A DNA stretch of 64,000 nucleotides from a bacterium. Lineage in GTDB: Bacteria > JADJOY01. This document shows, one piece after another, positions 50,058 through 62,546 of this stretch (position 1 is its first letter; every line of letters starts with the position of its first letter). Position numbers and translations under genes: made by a program. A model generated the notes under the pieces. That model saw only the letters and a list, made by a program, of their open reading frames with translations, was not told where the DNA came from and ran no database searches. Where the stretch lies: assembly GCA_046331705.1 (NCBI GenBank), contig JAXLQJ010000044.1:1-64000 (forward strand). Direction: 5' to 3'.

Positions 50058-50956
50058 GCACCGTCAACCACGGCAAGCGATCGCGGTACCGCATCGAGAT
50101 GCTCCATCGCCCCGGATTGCGCCTTTCGGAAGCCGATCTCGCGCGGCTGGTCGCGAACGTCCGCACCGTCGCCGCCGAGTGCTTCGACGAGGTCCCCGAC
50201 TACCAGTGCATGCGCGGCACGCGCGCGGAGCTCTCGGACAAGGTGATGACGCTCGCCTGGCGCGCCGACGGCACGCTCGCCGGCTTCTGCTCGGCCGTGC
50301 TGTTGCCGGTGCCAGGCGTGGGCGAGGTGCTGCATCTCGGGCTCACGTGCGTGTCGCAGCGCGACCGCAGCTCCGGCCTCACCCACCGGCTGACGTCCAA
50401 GCTCACGATCCGGTACCTGCTGCGGCACCGGCCGTTGAGCCGGGTGTGGGTGACGAACGTCGCCTGCGTGCTCTCGAGCCTCGCGAACGTGGGCCGCCAC
50501 TTCGATCGGGTCTATCCCTCGCCCGAGGGCCCCGAGACGGCCACGACGACCCATCGCCGGATCGCCGAGGCCATCGACACGCTCTACCGCGACAAGATCT
50601 ACATCCGCAGCGACGCGGAGCTCGATCGCGACGCCTTCGTGTTCCGCGGCAGCGTCCGCGGCACCGTGTTCCAGAAGGACGAAGGCGACCCCCGCTACCA
50701 CCATCGCGACGCCGCCAGCAACGCGTTCTACTCGTCGCTGCTGAGCTTCGAGGACGGCGACGAGGTCTTGCAGATCGGCTCGATGAGCTTGCTCACCGGC
50801 TTGCGCTACCTGCGTCGCAAGCGCGCGGCGGCGCCCGCGCGCGCCCGCCGCGCGATCGTGCCGCGCGTCCCGCGCGTCCCCACCACCGAGATCGCGCCGA
50901 CCGTTCCACTCTGGTCGGCCCCCGAAGCGGTCGACCGACCCGCGCCGCGAGCCTGA
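50054..50956 (+). CDS. Hypothetical protein, possible GNAT-like fold
   Basis: ATGA-coupled to the acyltransferase; LAGFCSAV...VLHLGLTCVSQRDRSSGLTHRL resembles GNAT motif A. Confidence 0.75.
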   Translation: MSTVNHGKRSRYRIEMLHRPGLRLSEADLARLVANVRTVAAECFDEVPDYQCMRGTRAELSDKVMTLAWRADGTLAGFCSAVLLPVPGVGEVLHLGLTCVSQRDRSSGLTHRLTSKLTIRYLLRHRPLSRVWVTNVACVLSSLANVGRHFDRVYPSPEGPETATTTHRRIAEAIDTLYRDKIYIRSDAELDRDAFVFRGSVRGTVFQKDEGDPRYHHRDAASNAFYSSLLSFEDGDEVLQIGSMSLLTGLRYLRRKRAAAPARARRAIVPRVPRVPTTEIAPTVPLWSAPEAVDRPAPRA

Positions 50957-51120
50957 GCACGCACCTTCGCGTGCTCGACGCGCCGCGTCCGCGCCCGAGC
51001 GCGCGGGCGCGGCGCATGTTTCGTTGACGATCTCCGACCTCGTCCGTATCGTGGCCGCACGCTTCGCGGCGTGTCGCGACGGAGTCTGCGACGGTCGCCG
51101 AGCACGACGCGAGTGATGGC

Positions 51121-53418
<2,298 letters not shown>

Positions 53419-53435
53419 GCGAGCTCGGCGCGCGC

Positions 53436-55280
53436 TCAGCGGATCTCGAGGTCGATGCGGCCGAGCTCCTCGTCGACACGCACCAGCGTCACGTCGAGCG
53501 GCGTGCCGAGCGCCACGCCACCCTTGGGCAACGATTCGCTCGCGATCGTCCCCGTGATTCCCATGCCCTCGAGCTGCACGACCACGCCGAACGACTTGAT
53601 CGAGACCACGTTGCCGCGGAATCGCTCGCCGATGCGCCCCGCCAGCCAGCGCGCCGCGACCATCTGCAGCCGCTCGATCTCGGCACGTCGCGCGGCGTAG
53701 GCCGAACGATTCAGGTCGGTCGCGAGCGCTTCGAGCGTGGGATCGGCGGTGGTGGCATCGCGCCGGCCCGCGAGGAACCGCTTCACCGCACGGTGCACCA
53801 CCAGATCCGCGTAGCGCCGGATCGGCGAGGTGAAGTGGAGATAGCGCGGCGCCGCGAGCCCGAAGTGCGGCGCGGCCTTGGGGCTGTAGCGCGCGGGGCC
53901 GAGCACGCCGAGCATCGCCGTGCGCATCGCCGGCTCCACCGAGGTACCGCGATACTGCGCCTCGAACGCCGCCAGACCGAGCGGGGTGAGCGTCTCGGCG
54001 AAGCCCGGCTCGAAGCCCGAGTTCCGCGCCAGCTCCGCGAGCGTTTCCACGCGCTCGCGATCGGGCTGATCGTGGACGCGAAAGAGCGCGGGCAAGCCGC
54101 GGTCGATGAGCCACGAAGCCACGGCCTCGTTGGCCGCGACCATCAATCGCTCGACCAGGCGATGGGCGCTGGTCTCACCGCGCGTGACGATGCCGGTCGG
54201 CTCGCGCGTGTCGGCGTCGAGCCGCACCGAGGCCTCTTCGCGGAAGAAGGCGCTCGTGCCGCCGCGTGCGGCGCGCACCACCGAGAGCCGCGCGGCGGCG
54301 GTACGCAGCCAGCGCAAGCAAGCGAGCACCTCGGCGCTCAGCTCGCCCGTCTCGCCATGCTCGAGATACGCGGCGACCTGGTCGTACGTGAGCCGTGCGT
54401 GCGATCGAATCACCGACTCGGCGACGTCCACCGCCACGACGTCGCCTTCGGGCCCGACGCGCAGCTCCACGGTCAGCGCCAACCGATCCTGACCCGGGAC
54501 CAAGCTCGCGCGCAGCTCGCTCACCTCGGGTGGCAGCATCGGGATGACGCGGCCGACGAGGTAGACGCTGGTGCCGCGCGCGCGGGCCTCGCGGTCGAGG
54601 GCGCTCTCCGCGGGCACCGCGGCGTCGACGTCGGCGATCGAGATCAGCACCCGCACCGCACCGTCGTCCTGGGCCGGCAGCACCGCCAGCGCGTCGTCGA
54701 TGTCGCGGGTCTCGGCCGAGTCGATGGTGACCGTGGGCACGTCGCGCAGATCCCGTCGGCCGCGGACGTCGAGACGCCGGCCACCGCGCTTGGCTTGCGT
54801 GACGCACGCGCTCGGAAAATCCCCGCGAATCCCGTGACGAACGAGCACGCGCTCGATGCTCGCCTCGCTCGCGGCCACCGAGCGCTCGAAGCGCGCCGTG
54901 GCGCCGTCGATGCTCGCGACCACCGCGGCGCCGTCGGGGAGATCGCGCGGCGCGCCTTCCAACGGCCAATCGGTGTTGGCGACCACGCGGTCGACGCGCA
55001 GGAACGCGCGCCCCGAGCGACGCGTGAGCGACCCGAAGAGCTCGCTCCGCGTGCGCTCGAGGAGCTTGAGATGCTGAGCGGAATAGCGCTCGGGCTGGCT
55101 CTCGAGGACTCGCGCCTCGACGCGATCGCCCTCGAGGAACCGGTTCAGGTCGGGCGGCGCCACGAACGCGGAGCGGGCCTCGGCCCCTTCGAGGTTGAGA
55201 AAACCGAATCCGCGCGGATGAACGGAGATCCGACCGATCGCGGGGACGGCGTGCGACTTGGGACGCTCGGCGGGCTTCAT
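53436..55280 (-). CDS. RNB-domain exoribonuclease (RNase R/II family)
   Basis: HPRGFGF cold-shock domain, TIDSAETRDIDDAL, HFTSPIRRYADL, S1-like tail. Confidence 0.93.
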   Translation of the reverse strand: MKPAERPKSHAVPAIGRISVHPRGFGFLNLEGAEARSAFVAPPDLNRFLEGDRVEARVLESQPERYSAQHLKLLERTRSELFGSLTRRSGRAFLRVDRVVANTDWPLEGAPRDLPDGAAVVASIDGATARFERSVAASEASIERVLVRHGIRGDFPSACVTQAKRGGRRLDVRGRRDLRDVPTVTIDSAETRDIDDALAVLPAQDDGAVRVLISIADVDAAVPAESALDREARARGTSVYLVGRVIPMLPPEVSELRASLVPGQDRLALTVELRVGPEGDVVAVDVAESVIRSHARLTYDQVAAYLEHGETGELSAEVLACLRWLRTAAARLSVVRAARGGTSAFFREEASVRLDADTREPTGIVTRGETSAHRLVERLMVAANEAVASWLIDRGLPALFRVHDQPDRERVETLAELARNSGFEPGFAETLTPLGLAAFEAQYRGTSVEPAMRTAMLGVLGPARYSPKAAPHFGLAAPRYLHFTSPIRRYADLVVHRAVKRFLAGRRDATTADPTLEALATDLNRSAYAARRAEIERLQMVAARWLAGRIGERFRGNVVSIKSFGVVVQLEGMGITGTIASESLPKGGVALGTPLDVTLVRVDEELGRIDLEIR

Positions 55281-55353
55281 GGGGCCGAAGGATAGCGGCG
55301 CCGCCGACGCCGCAGAAACGCGCGTGGCCGGGACGATGGTCGCGCTCGCCGGA

Positions 55354-56538
55354 TCAGCCCGCGCCCGTGTCGGATGCGGCCTGCGCGGTGTCGCGCACGG
55401 CCTGCACTTCCGCCGCCGTCGCGTCGCGCCAGATCCCGAGCTTGCGACGGCGCTCGATGGCCTGCGGCCGCAAGCGCAGCGAGGTGACGAGCTTCCCCGC
55501 GAGATTGAAGACGTGGGCGCGCCCGCGCTCGCCGAGCGCCACCACGGTGCCGTGGCGCGTGTCGATCAAGATCGCGTCGTCGCTCGCACGCACCAGGTCG
55601 CGCACGGCCATGCGCGTCGGTCGATCGCCCTCCTCGTGGCGCGTGGCCGCGTGCGAGGTGCGGCGCGCCTTGGCCCGATCGCCTTGCTCGAGGCGCCTGG
55701 CGATGCCCTTGAGCAGCCCGTCGATGCGCGACTGCGGCCCCTCGGCGCCGCGGGTCCGCTTCTTCGGCGCCCGCTCGATCTGCTCCAGGACGGTCTGCGC
55801 CCAGCGCGCGGTGGCCGCCCACGGCACCGGATCGGTCTGGGTGGCCAGCGATGCGAGCGGCTCGCCGCACGGACCGATGCCCACGACGTTGAGCGAGAGC
55901 CGGCGACGCGCGCCGGGCACCTGCGTCGAGATCACCTGCAGGCTGATCGCGAGCGGCGCCGGGAGACCCGAGCGATCGGGCGCACGGTAGTAACCCGCGC
56001 ACACCTGACCGTGGACGCGGAAGCCGGTGGCGACATCGCGAAACTCGGGCAGCAGCTCGCTCGCGAGCTCGCGCCCGCCGAGCACCACGACCACCAGCTC
56101 GCGGCGCTCGGCATAGAGCTTCTCGATCCGCGGGTCCTTGCGCTCGAGGAGCAGCTGGCCGAAGTCGCCGAAGCGCGGCTGGCCGGTGGGACCGTAACCG
56201 CGGAACACCTCGCGGCTCTCGACCGGCGAGCTGTGCTCGCAATCGGCGGCGGCGCAGCGAAGGCAATAGGCGTGGCCGGGGCGGGCCAGGCTGCGCGCGG
56301 CGACCAACGACCGGATGCCCGCGTCGAGGGCTCGACCGAGATCGCCGGCGACCTCGACGCGCGTGGCCTCGTCGCCGCCGATCGGCAGCGCGAGCCGCAG
56401 CTCGATGCGCTGCCCTCGACCGCGAGCGAGATGCCCAGCGGGATGGCCGAGGATCCGCTCGCGCGCCTCCTCCTCGAGAAGCCGCGCGACCTGCTGCAGC
56501 CGAGGGCCCACTGCGCGGCGATCCGGCATCGCGACCAC
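55354..56538 (-). CDS. Hypothetical protein with a C/H cluster
   Basis: 394 aa; YCLRCAAADCEHS; co-oriented directly upstream of the RNB gene. Confidence 0.75.
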   Translation of the reverse strand: MVAMPDRRAVGPRLQQVARLLEEEARERILGHPAGHLARGRGQRIELRLALPIGGDEATRVEVAGDLGRALDAGIRSLVAARSLARPGHAYCLRCAAADCEHSSPVESREVFRGYGPTGQPRFGDFGQLLLERKDPRIEKLYAERRELVVVVLGGRELASELLPEFRDVATGFRVHGQVCAGYYRAPDRSGLPAPLAISLQVISTQVPGARRRLSLNVVGIGPCGEPLASLATQTDPVPWAATARWAQTVLEQIERAPKKRTRGAEGPQSRIDGLLKGIARRLEQGDRAKARRTSHAATRHEEGDRPTRMAVRDLVRASDDAILIDTRHGTVVALGERGRAHVFNLAGKLVTSLRLRPQAIERRRKLGIWRDATAAEVQAVRDTAQAASDTGAG

Positions 56539-56718
56539 TCCTCACCCAGCACGCGAGTCGCTCGCGGCGGCGTCGGCGCCAGGGTAGCGCCTCGGCCCGG
56601 GTCCTCGCGATCCCGATCGCAACGTCCCGCTCGCGACGATGCCGCCCACGGTGGTTGCGGGGGAGGGGCGACCATGCAAGCATCGGCGCCCGTCACCCGA
56701 AAACCGAGGAGCATCGAG

Positions 56719-59148
56719 ATGCAATGCCGATTCGCCACGCGCGCGCGAGGTCACCGGCGCACGCTCTCCACGGTCGCTTGGCTGGTCGCCGTCGGCAGCG
56801 CGCTCGCCGGCGCGGGGTGCGGCGGAGATGGCGGTGCCTCGAGCGCGCCGTCGGTGGACGAGTACCGGGTGGTGAAGATCGACGCCGGGCCCGACCTCGA
56901 GTTCCGCGTCCAGGACGCGTTCATCCGCGCCCAGCCTGGGACCGTGATCGAGCTCCCCGAGGGACGCTTCGAGATCGCGAGCCAGCTGGTCGTCGACCAA
57001 TCGCACGTGGTCGTCCGCGGTCAGGGGATGGACAAGACCACGCTCGACTTCGCCAAGCAGGAATCGGGCGCCGAGGGGATCCTGGCGCGCGGCGACGCGT
57101 TCCAGATCGAGGACATCGCCGTGCTCAACGCGCCCGGCGATTGCCTGAAGGTCGACGATGCCGACGGCGTCACCATTCGGCGCGTGAAGGCCGGCTGGCC
57201 GACCGCCAGCACCCAGAACGGCTCGTACGCGATCTATCCCGTCGGCTGCCAGAACGTGCTGATCGAGGACAGCTACGCGAGCGGAGCCTCGGACACCGGC
57301 ATCTACGTCGGGCAATCGAAGAACATCGTGGTGCGCCGCAACTTCGCCGAGCTCAACGTGGCGGGCATCGAGATCGAGAGCTCGAACGACGCCGACGTCT
57401 ACGAGAACGAGACCACGCGCAACTCGGGCGGCATCCTGGTCTTCGACCTGCCCGGGCTCACCATCAGCGGTGCGCGCGCCCGCGTGTACGACAACCACGT
57501 CCACGGAAACAACAACCCGAACTTCGCGCCCGCCGGCAACATCGTCGGCTTGGTGCCGACGGGCACCGGGCTGATGGTCATGGCGAACGACGACGTCGAA
57601 GCCTTCGGCAACGAGATCGTCGACAACTTCACGACGGACGTGGTGGTCGCGAGCTACCAGGTCACCGGCCTGCCCTACGACGATCCCGAGTTCGATCCCC
57701 ACCCCCAGCGCAATTTCATCCACGACAACGTCACCGAGCGCGGCACGGATTTCTTCTTCGACGGCGGCCAGCTCGGCATCTTCGCCAGCCTGCTCTTCTT
57801 GTTCACGCCCGAGCGCGTCATCCCCGATCTCGTCTACGACGGCATCGCCGAGAACGCGCTCGGCCTGCACCCGCTGCCACCCGAGCAACAGAACTGCTTC
57901 CGCGGCAACGTCCGCCGCGATGGATCGACGGCGACCTTCGGTGACCTCAACCTCCGGCCCCGTCCCGGCGTGCCCCTGCCCGCCGGCCCGATCAGCACCG
58001 ACCCCGCGCCGTTCGATTGCAGCCAGCCCGCGGAGGCGGCGGTGCGACTCGCGTCGCTCGCGCCGATCCCGGCGACCACGCAAGGCCCCACGGAAGCGGA
58101 GATCGCCGCCGCCTGCACGCCCAGCGGCACCGCCGTGAACTTCAGCGCCGTCGAGTTCGATTGCCCGACGCTCGCCGGCTACAACCTCTACGACCTTCCG
58201 AGCGACTTGATCGGCACCGGCGCGCTGCACGGCGGGATCCCGTACGACCTGACCACCCCGCTCTTCTCGGACTACGCGCTCAAGAATCGCATCGTCTACG
58301 TCCCGCCTGGCGCCCACGCCACGTACACCGCGGACGGCGCGTTCTCGTTTCCAGTCGGCACGATCATCGCGAAGACCTTCAGCTACCTCGAGTCCAACGA
58401 GGATCGCTTCGCCGCGGACACGATGATCGAGACGCGCCTGCTGCTCCACCGCGCCGACGGCTGGGTGGGTCGCGCCTACATCTGGGACGACGACCAGCAG
58501 ATGGCCCGGCTATCGCTCGGCGGCGGCGCCAAGCTCGTGGTCTGGTACGACGGCGAGAAGAACCAGCACTCCACGACTTACCGCATCCCCAACGCACTCC
58601 AGTGCAACACCTGTCACTCCGGCGGAGCGACCGCGGATCCGATCGGACCGAAGGCGCGACTCCTCAACAAGGACTTCACGTACGGAGACGGCGCCGGCCC
58701 CACGGAGAACCAGCTGGTCCACTGGACCAAGGCCGGTGCGCTCTCGGGCGCGCCGAGCGATCCGGCGCAGGCGCCGCGCCTCCCGGTGTGGAACGACCCG
58801 AACGACGGCACGCTCGAAGGCCGCGCGCGTGCCTATCTCGAATCCAACTGCGCCCACTGTCACTCGGAGACCGGCTATGCGCGGTTCTCCGGCCTCTACT
58901 TGAACAGCCACGACGCGCTCGGAACCGCATACGGCCTCTGCAAGACGCCGGTCGCCGCGGGCCGTGGCGCCGGCGCGTTCCAGTACGACATCGTCCCCGG
59001 TCATCCCGAGGAATCGATCCTGACCTTCCGCATGGGCTCGAACGATCCCGGCATCAAGATGCCGGAGCTCGCGCGCAGCGTCGTCCACGAAGAAGGCCTC
59101 GCGCTCGTGACCGAATGGATCCAGAGCCTCGAAGGAGCGTGCCAATGA
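56719..59148 (+). CDS. Lipoprotein fusing a parallel beta-helix domain and an SO2930-like diheme cytochrome c
   Basis: GAGGAG SD; lipobox AGAGC; GASDTGIYVGQS...NVAGIEIE beta-helix; PYDLTTPLFSDYA, CNTCH, YLESNCAHCH, KMPEL. Confidence 0.88.
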   Translation: MQCRFATRARGHRRTLSTVAWLVAVGSALAGAGCGGDGGASSAPSVDEYRVVKIDAGPDLEFRVQDAFIRAQPGTVIELPEGRFEIASQLVVDQSHVVVRGQGMDKTTLDFAKQESGAEGILARGDAFQIEDIAVLNAPGDCLKVDDADGVTIRRVKAGWPTASTQNGSYAIYPVGCQNVLIEDSYASGASDTGIYVGQSKNIVVRRNFAELNVAGIEIESSNDADVYENETTRNSGGILVFDLPGLTISGARARVYDNHVHGNNNPNFAPAGNIVGLVPTGTGLMVMANDDVEAFGNEIVDNFTTDVVVASYQVTGLPYDDPEFDPHPQRNFIHDNVTERGTDFFFDGGQLGIFASLLFLFTPERVIPDLVYDGIAENALGLHPLPPEQQNCFRGNVRRDGSTATFGDLNLRPRPGVPLPAGPISTDPAPFDCSQPAEAAVRLASLAPIPATTQGPTEAEIAAACTPSGTAVNFSAVEFDCPTLAGYNLYDLPSDLIGTGALHGGIPYDLTTPLFSDYALKNRIVYVPPGAHATYTADGAFSFPVGTIIAKTFSYLESNEDRFAADTMIETRLLLHRADGWVGRAYIWDDDQQMARLSLGGGAKLVVWYDGEKNQHSTTYRIPNALQCNTCHSGGATADPIGPKARLLNKDFTYGDGAGPTENQLVHWTKAGALSGAPSDPAQAPRLPVWNDPNDGTLEGRARAYLESNCAHCHSETGYARFSGLYLNSHDALGTAYGLCKTPVAAGRGAGAFQYDIVPGHPEESILTFRMGSNDPGIKMPELARSVVHEEGLALVTEWIQSLEGACQ

Positions 59149-59567
59149 GGCTCACGCAGGATCTCGCGAGGCCTTCCCATCCGCTCACGGCCTCGCAGTC
59201 GACATCCAAGGAGCGTCATCGTTCGAGGGGCAACGGGTAGCGACGAAACCGATCGCAGGCCTGTAGCGAGCAAGCACAGCACTCGCTTCTCGACCCGGCC
59301 GAGTCCTTCGCATCGAGCGCCAAATCGAATACGCAACTCCCGATCGTCCGGGCGATTGGATGCCTTGCGTTCCGGCGCTCGAGGCGGGGCGGATCGGAAG
59401 ACCATCGCTCCCGGGCCGCTTTCCACACGAGTGAGGACGCCCTCGGCGCGAGGCGGTCGACGGGGAATCGTCCGACTCGTTCGCGGCACGGGCGGATCCT
59501 CGCCCTCGATTCCACACCCGCAGCAGCCCCGGCTCTCGCGCACCCGCTTGCCGAGCGGTCGCACCCT

Positions 59568-60716
59568 TCACCCGCTCGCGAGGTCTCCGTCGCAACGAGC
59601 GACGAGGCCGAGCGCCTCGGCGAGCCCGGGGTTGCTGCCGTCGAGGCGCCAGAGGTAGCCGTCCAGCACGTAATGCGTCGCCTGTGGCAGCGCGAGCAGC
59701 GGTACGACGATCGCCTGCCACGCCGATAGATCGAGCGCGGGAAACGGAAAGAGCCGCGGATGATCGCGCCACACCGCGCCGTCCCAGAGCCATTCCTCGG
59801 CGAAGGCGAGTGCCACGAGTCCCAGGGCGAAGAGCGCGAAGCGGCGCGGGGCGAACACGGCGGCGAGCATCCGGCTCAGCGAGGAGCCGCCCGCGGGTTT
59901 GACGGAGCTCGCCCAGCGGATCACGCCGTAGCGGTGCGAGATCGCCATGTACGGGATGCCGTGAACGAGCACGTTCGCGGCGGTGAAGGCGAAATCGCTC
60001 TCCCAGAGCACGATTCCCGCCCACCACGTCGCGGCGGTGGTGACGACCAGCAGGATCTTCCCCGTGAACCACGGCTGACCCGCGACGCGGCGCTGGATCT
60101 GGCGCACGGCGAACGCCAGCAGCACGACGATCCAGACGCCGCGGGCGATCGCCGCGGCCGTCGACGGCACCCCCGCGACGAAGTCTCCGTCGATCAGCCA
60201 CGCGAACGGTCGCGGCAGCCGCGCGTGCCACGAGATCAGCGGATAACCGGTCGCCACGTAGATTGCCGCCTCGTCGACGAACCGATCGACGCGTGAACGA
60301 TCTCCGGCACGATGCCGGTAGAGCCGCATCCACCCGAGCTGCTGCTTCACGAAGTGGAATACCGCCACGTACGCGAGCACCCGCCAGAACGCGAGCGGCG
60401 AGAGCGAGTAGAGAAAGACGCCCACCACCCAGGCCGCGATCGGCACCGCCACGTAGAGCCCGAGCCGGCGCTCGAGCTCGGCACCGTCGAGGTAGACGCG
60501 CAACGTGGTGCCGTGGACGTGCGCCACGTCCACCGCCACCACCAGCGCCAGCCACGCCCAGGTGGGCGTCGAGCCGTCCGGCTCGGCGAGCCGCCCGGCG
60601 AGCGCGCCCAGCACCAGCGCCACGATCGCCGGCAACACCAGGAACGCCGCGTCGTACGCCGGATCGACGAGCCAAACGCTCGGCAGCGGCCGCGCCGCGC
60701 GGCTCGCGAGGCTCAT
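59568..60716 (-). CDS. Conserved membrane protein of the speE-like operon
   Basis: VDVAHVHGT, FHFVKQQLG, HGIPY, PQATHYVLDGYLW; ATGA-coupled to the oxidoreductase. Confidence 0.82.
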   Translation of the reverse strand: MSLASRAARPLPSVWLVDPAYDAAFLVLPAIVALVLGALAGRLAEPDGSTPTWAWLALVVAVDVAHVHGTTLRVYLDGAELERRLGLYVAVPIAAWVVGVFLYSLSPLAFWRVLAYVAVFHFVKQQLGWMRLYRHRAGDRSRVDRFVDEAAIYVATGYPLISWHARLPRPFAWLIDGDFVAGVPSTAAAIARGVWIVVLLAFAVRQIQRRVAGQPWFTGKILLVVTTAATWWAGIVLWESDFAFTAANVLVHGIPYMAISHRYGVIRWASSVKPAGGSSLSRMLAAVFAPRRFALFALGLVALAFAEEWLWDGAVWRDHPRLFPFPALDLSAWQAIVVPLLALPQATHYVLDGYLWRLDGSNPGLAEALGLVARCDGDLASG

Positions 60717-62479
60717 CCCAGCGCCTCGAATGGCACGCGCAGCGCCGCGAGCACCTCCTCGGCAGCGCGCACGCCGTGGTAGTGGGCTTCCTCGAAGAGC
60801 GGCAATCCCGAGAGGTCGGTATGCGCGAAATGCACCGCGCCGCGCGGCTCCGCGGCGCGTCGGCGCGCGGCGCCGAACACGAAGCCGGGCACGGGGCGCA
60901 CCATGGCGTGGCCCCAGCGCCACGCCTCGATGCGCGTGACGCACGCGTCGAGGTCTGGATGGCCACGCCTCAGGTCGGCGAGGATCGCGCTCGCCGCGTC
61001 GACGAAGCTCGTTTCCAGCAGGCGCTTTCGGGCGAGCGCCGGATCGGCGTCCGTGAGCGGCAGGTAGTAGGTCCAGACCGTCGGGCCGTAGCGGGTGGGC
61101 GCGCGGCGCGCGCAGCCGGTGGTCGCCGTCGAAGCGCGTCCCGCGGGATCGCCGCTCAGCTGCGCGAGCACGCTCGGAGAGCAGCGACCTTCGTCGGTCT
61201 GGTGTGTCGCGTCCACGTAGCCCAGGCCGGCGCTGCCGTAGAGCACGTTGTCCCACGCTTGCGGGAATCCGCGCGAGCGCGGGTGTCGCGCCAGCGAGAG
61301 GTTCGCCACGAGCCAGGGGCTGACCTGGAACTCGCGCGCGTCGCGGATCAGCTCGTCGTCGGCGAGCAGACGCGCGGCGAACATCCTGGGTAACGCGACG
61401 ATCACGCGGTCGGCCTCGAGCGCCTCCGCGCGATCCATCGCCGGGTCGTAGGTCCAGACCTCGACCGGCGCACCGACGGCGGCGGGATCACCGCCTCTGG
61501 CAGCGGGTCTGGCGCGGATGCGCGTGACCGCGACGCCCGCGCGCAGCCGCCCGCCGCCGCCGGCGGCGCGCTGCGCCAGGTGCGCCACCAAGCGGCCGTT
61601 GCCCTCCGGCCAGGTGAGGAACGGCTGCGTGTCGCCGTGCTCCCAGCGGGACGCGAAGTAGTGGATTCCCGCCCACGCGCTGGTGGTCTCGAGTGTCGAG
61701 CCGAAATCGTCGCGGCAGCCGTACTCGACGAGCCAGCGCAGGCGCTTGGAGCGAAAGGCGCGCTCGTCCAACCACTCGGCCATCGAGATGCGGTCGAGCG
61801 CGGTCACGTCCGCGTCGTCGGAACCGTGCGCCATCGGCACGGCGAACGCACGCCTCCCGCGACCATCGCGAAGCATCGCCCAGCGCGCGATCTCGGCGTC
61901 GAAGCGATCCCGCTCCGCGAGCTCCTCGGGCCTCGCCCCGGGCCACGGAAAGAGCCCCTCGTACCAGCGATCGGCCACGAAGACACGCTCCTCCGGCGCG
62001 CGACAGAGCTGCCCCTCGTCCGCGACGAACGCACCGCTTGCCGGATCGCGCAGGCCGGCGCCGGCCTCCACCAGGAGCTCGATCATCGCTTTCGCGTGAG
62101 GCAACGGCGCCGGCACGTAATGGGCGCCCCACGGGAACGCGCTGATCGCGTTCTCCCCCGGGCGCGCGGTCCCACCCAGAATCGAATCGAGCTCGACGAG
62201 CTCGAAATCGTGGAAGCCGGCGCGCGCCAGCCGCCATGCCGCCGTCAGACCCGCGACACCGCCGCCCACGATGAGCACCGGCACGCGTCGGCGCGCGCTC
62301 GGTGGCGGCGCGAAGCCATCGCGCAAGCGATGCCCGAGCTCGTGAGGCGCGCCGACGAAATCGCCTTCGATCGCCCGCGGCCGCGGCTCGCGACACGCCG
62401 AGAGCGCCGCCGGCAACCCGACCAACGCGGCGACGGCCTCCCGCCGCGAGATCCGCGCCCCCAGGCAATCACGCGTCAC
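60713..62479 (-). CDS. FAD-dependent amine-oxidase-like oxidoreductase with Tat-like signal
   Basis: SRREAV; GGGVAGL; PWGAHYVP; RWGHAM; HTDLSGLPLFEEA. Confidence 0.9.
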   Translation of the reverse strand: MTRDCLGARISRREAVAALVGLPAALSACREPRPRAIEGDFVGAPHELGHRLRDGFAPPPSARRRVPVLIVGGGVAGLTAAWRLARAGFHDFELVELDSILGGTARPGENAISAFPWGAHYVPAPLPHAKAMIELLVEAGAGLRDPASGAFVADEGQLCRAPEERVFVADRWYEGLFPWPGARPEELAERDRFDAEIARWAMLRDGRGRRAFAVPMAHGSDDADVTALDRISMAEWLDERAFRSKRLRWLVEYGCRDDFGSTLETTSAWAGIHYFASRWEHGDTQPFLTWPEGNGRLVAHLAQRAAGGGGRLRAGVAVTRIRARPAARGGDPAAVGAPVEVWTYDPAMDRAEALEADRVIVALPRMFAARLLADDELIRDAREFQVSPWLVANLSLARHPRSRGFPQAWDNVLYGSAGLGYVDATHQTDEGRCSPSVLAQLSGDPAGRASTATTGCARRAPTRYGPTVWTYYLPLTDADPALARKRLLETSFVDAASAILADLRRGHPDLDACVTRIEAWRWGHAMVRPVPGFVFGAARRRAAEPRGAVHFAHTDLSGLPLFEEAHYHGVRAAEEVLAALRVPFEALG

Positions 62480-62546
62480 GCGTCACCTCGCTCGCGTGAG
62501 TGGCCAGCCGATCCGCGCAATTCGGTCTCCGCGCGCCGTCGATCCA

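Noticed and set aside
55258..56718. N-terminal 487 aa of the 1296-aa ORF
   Set aside because: Antisense to 55354-56538; the SD and lipoprotein signal place the start near 56719.
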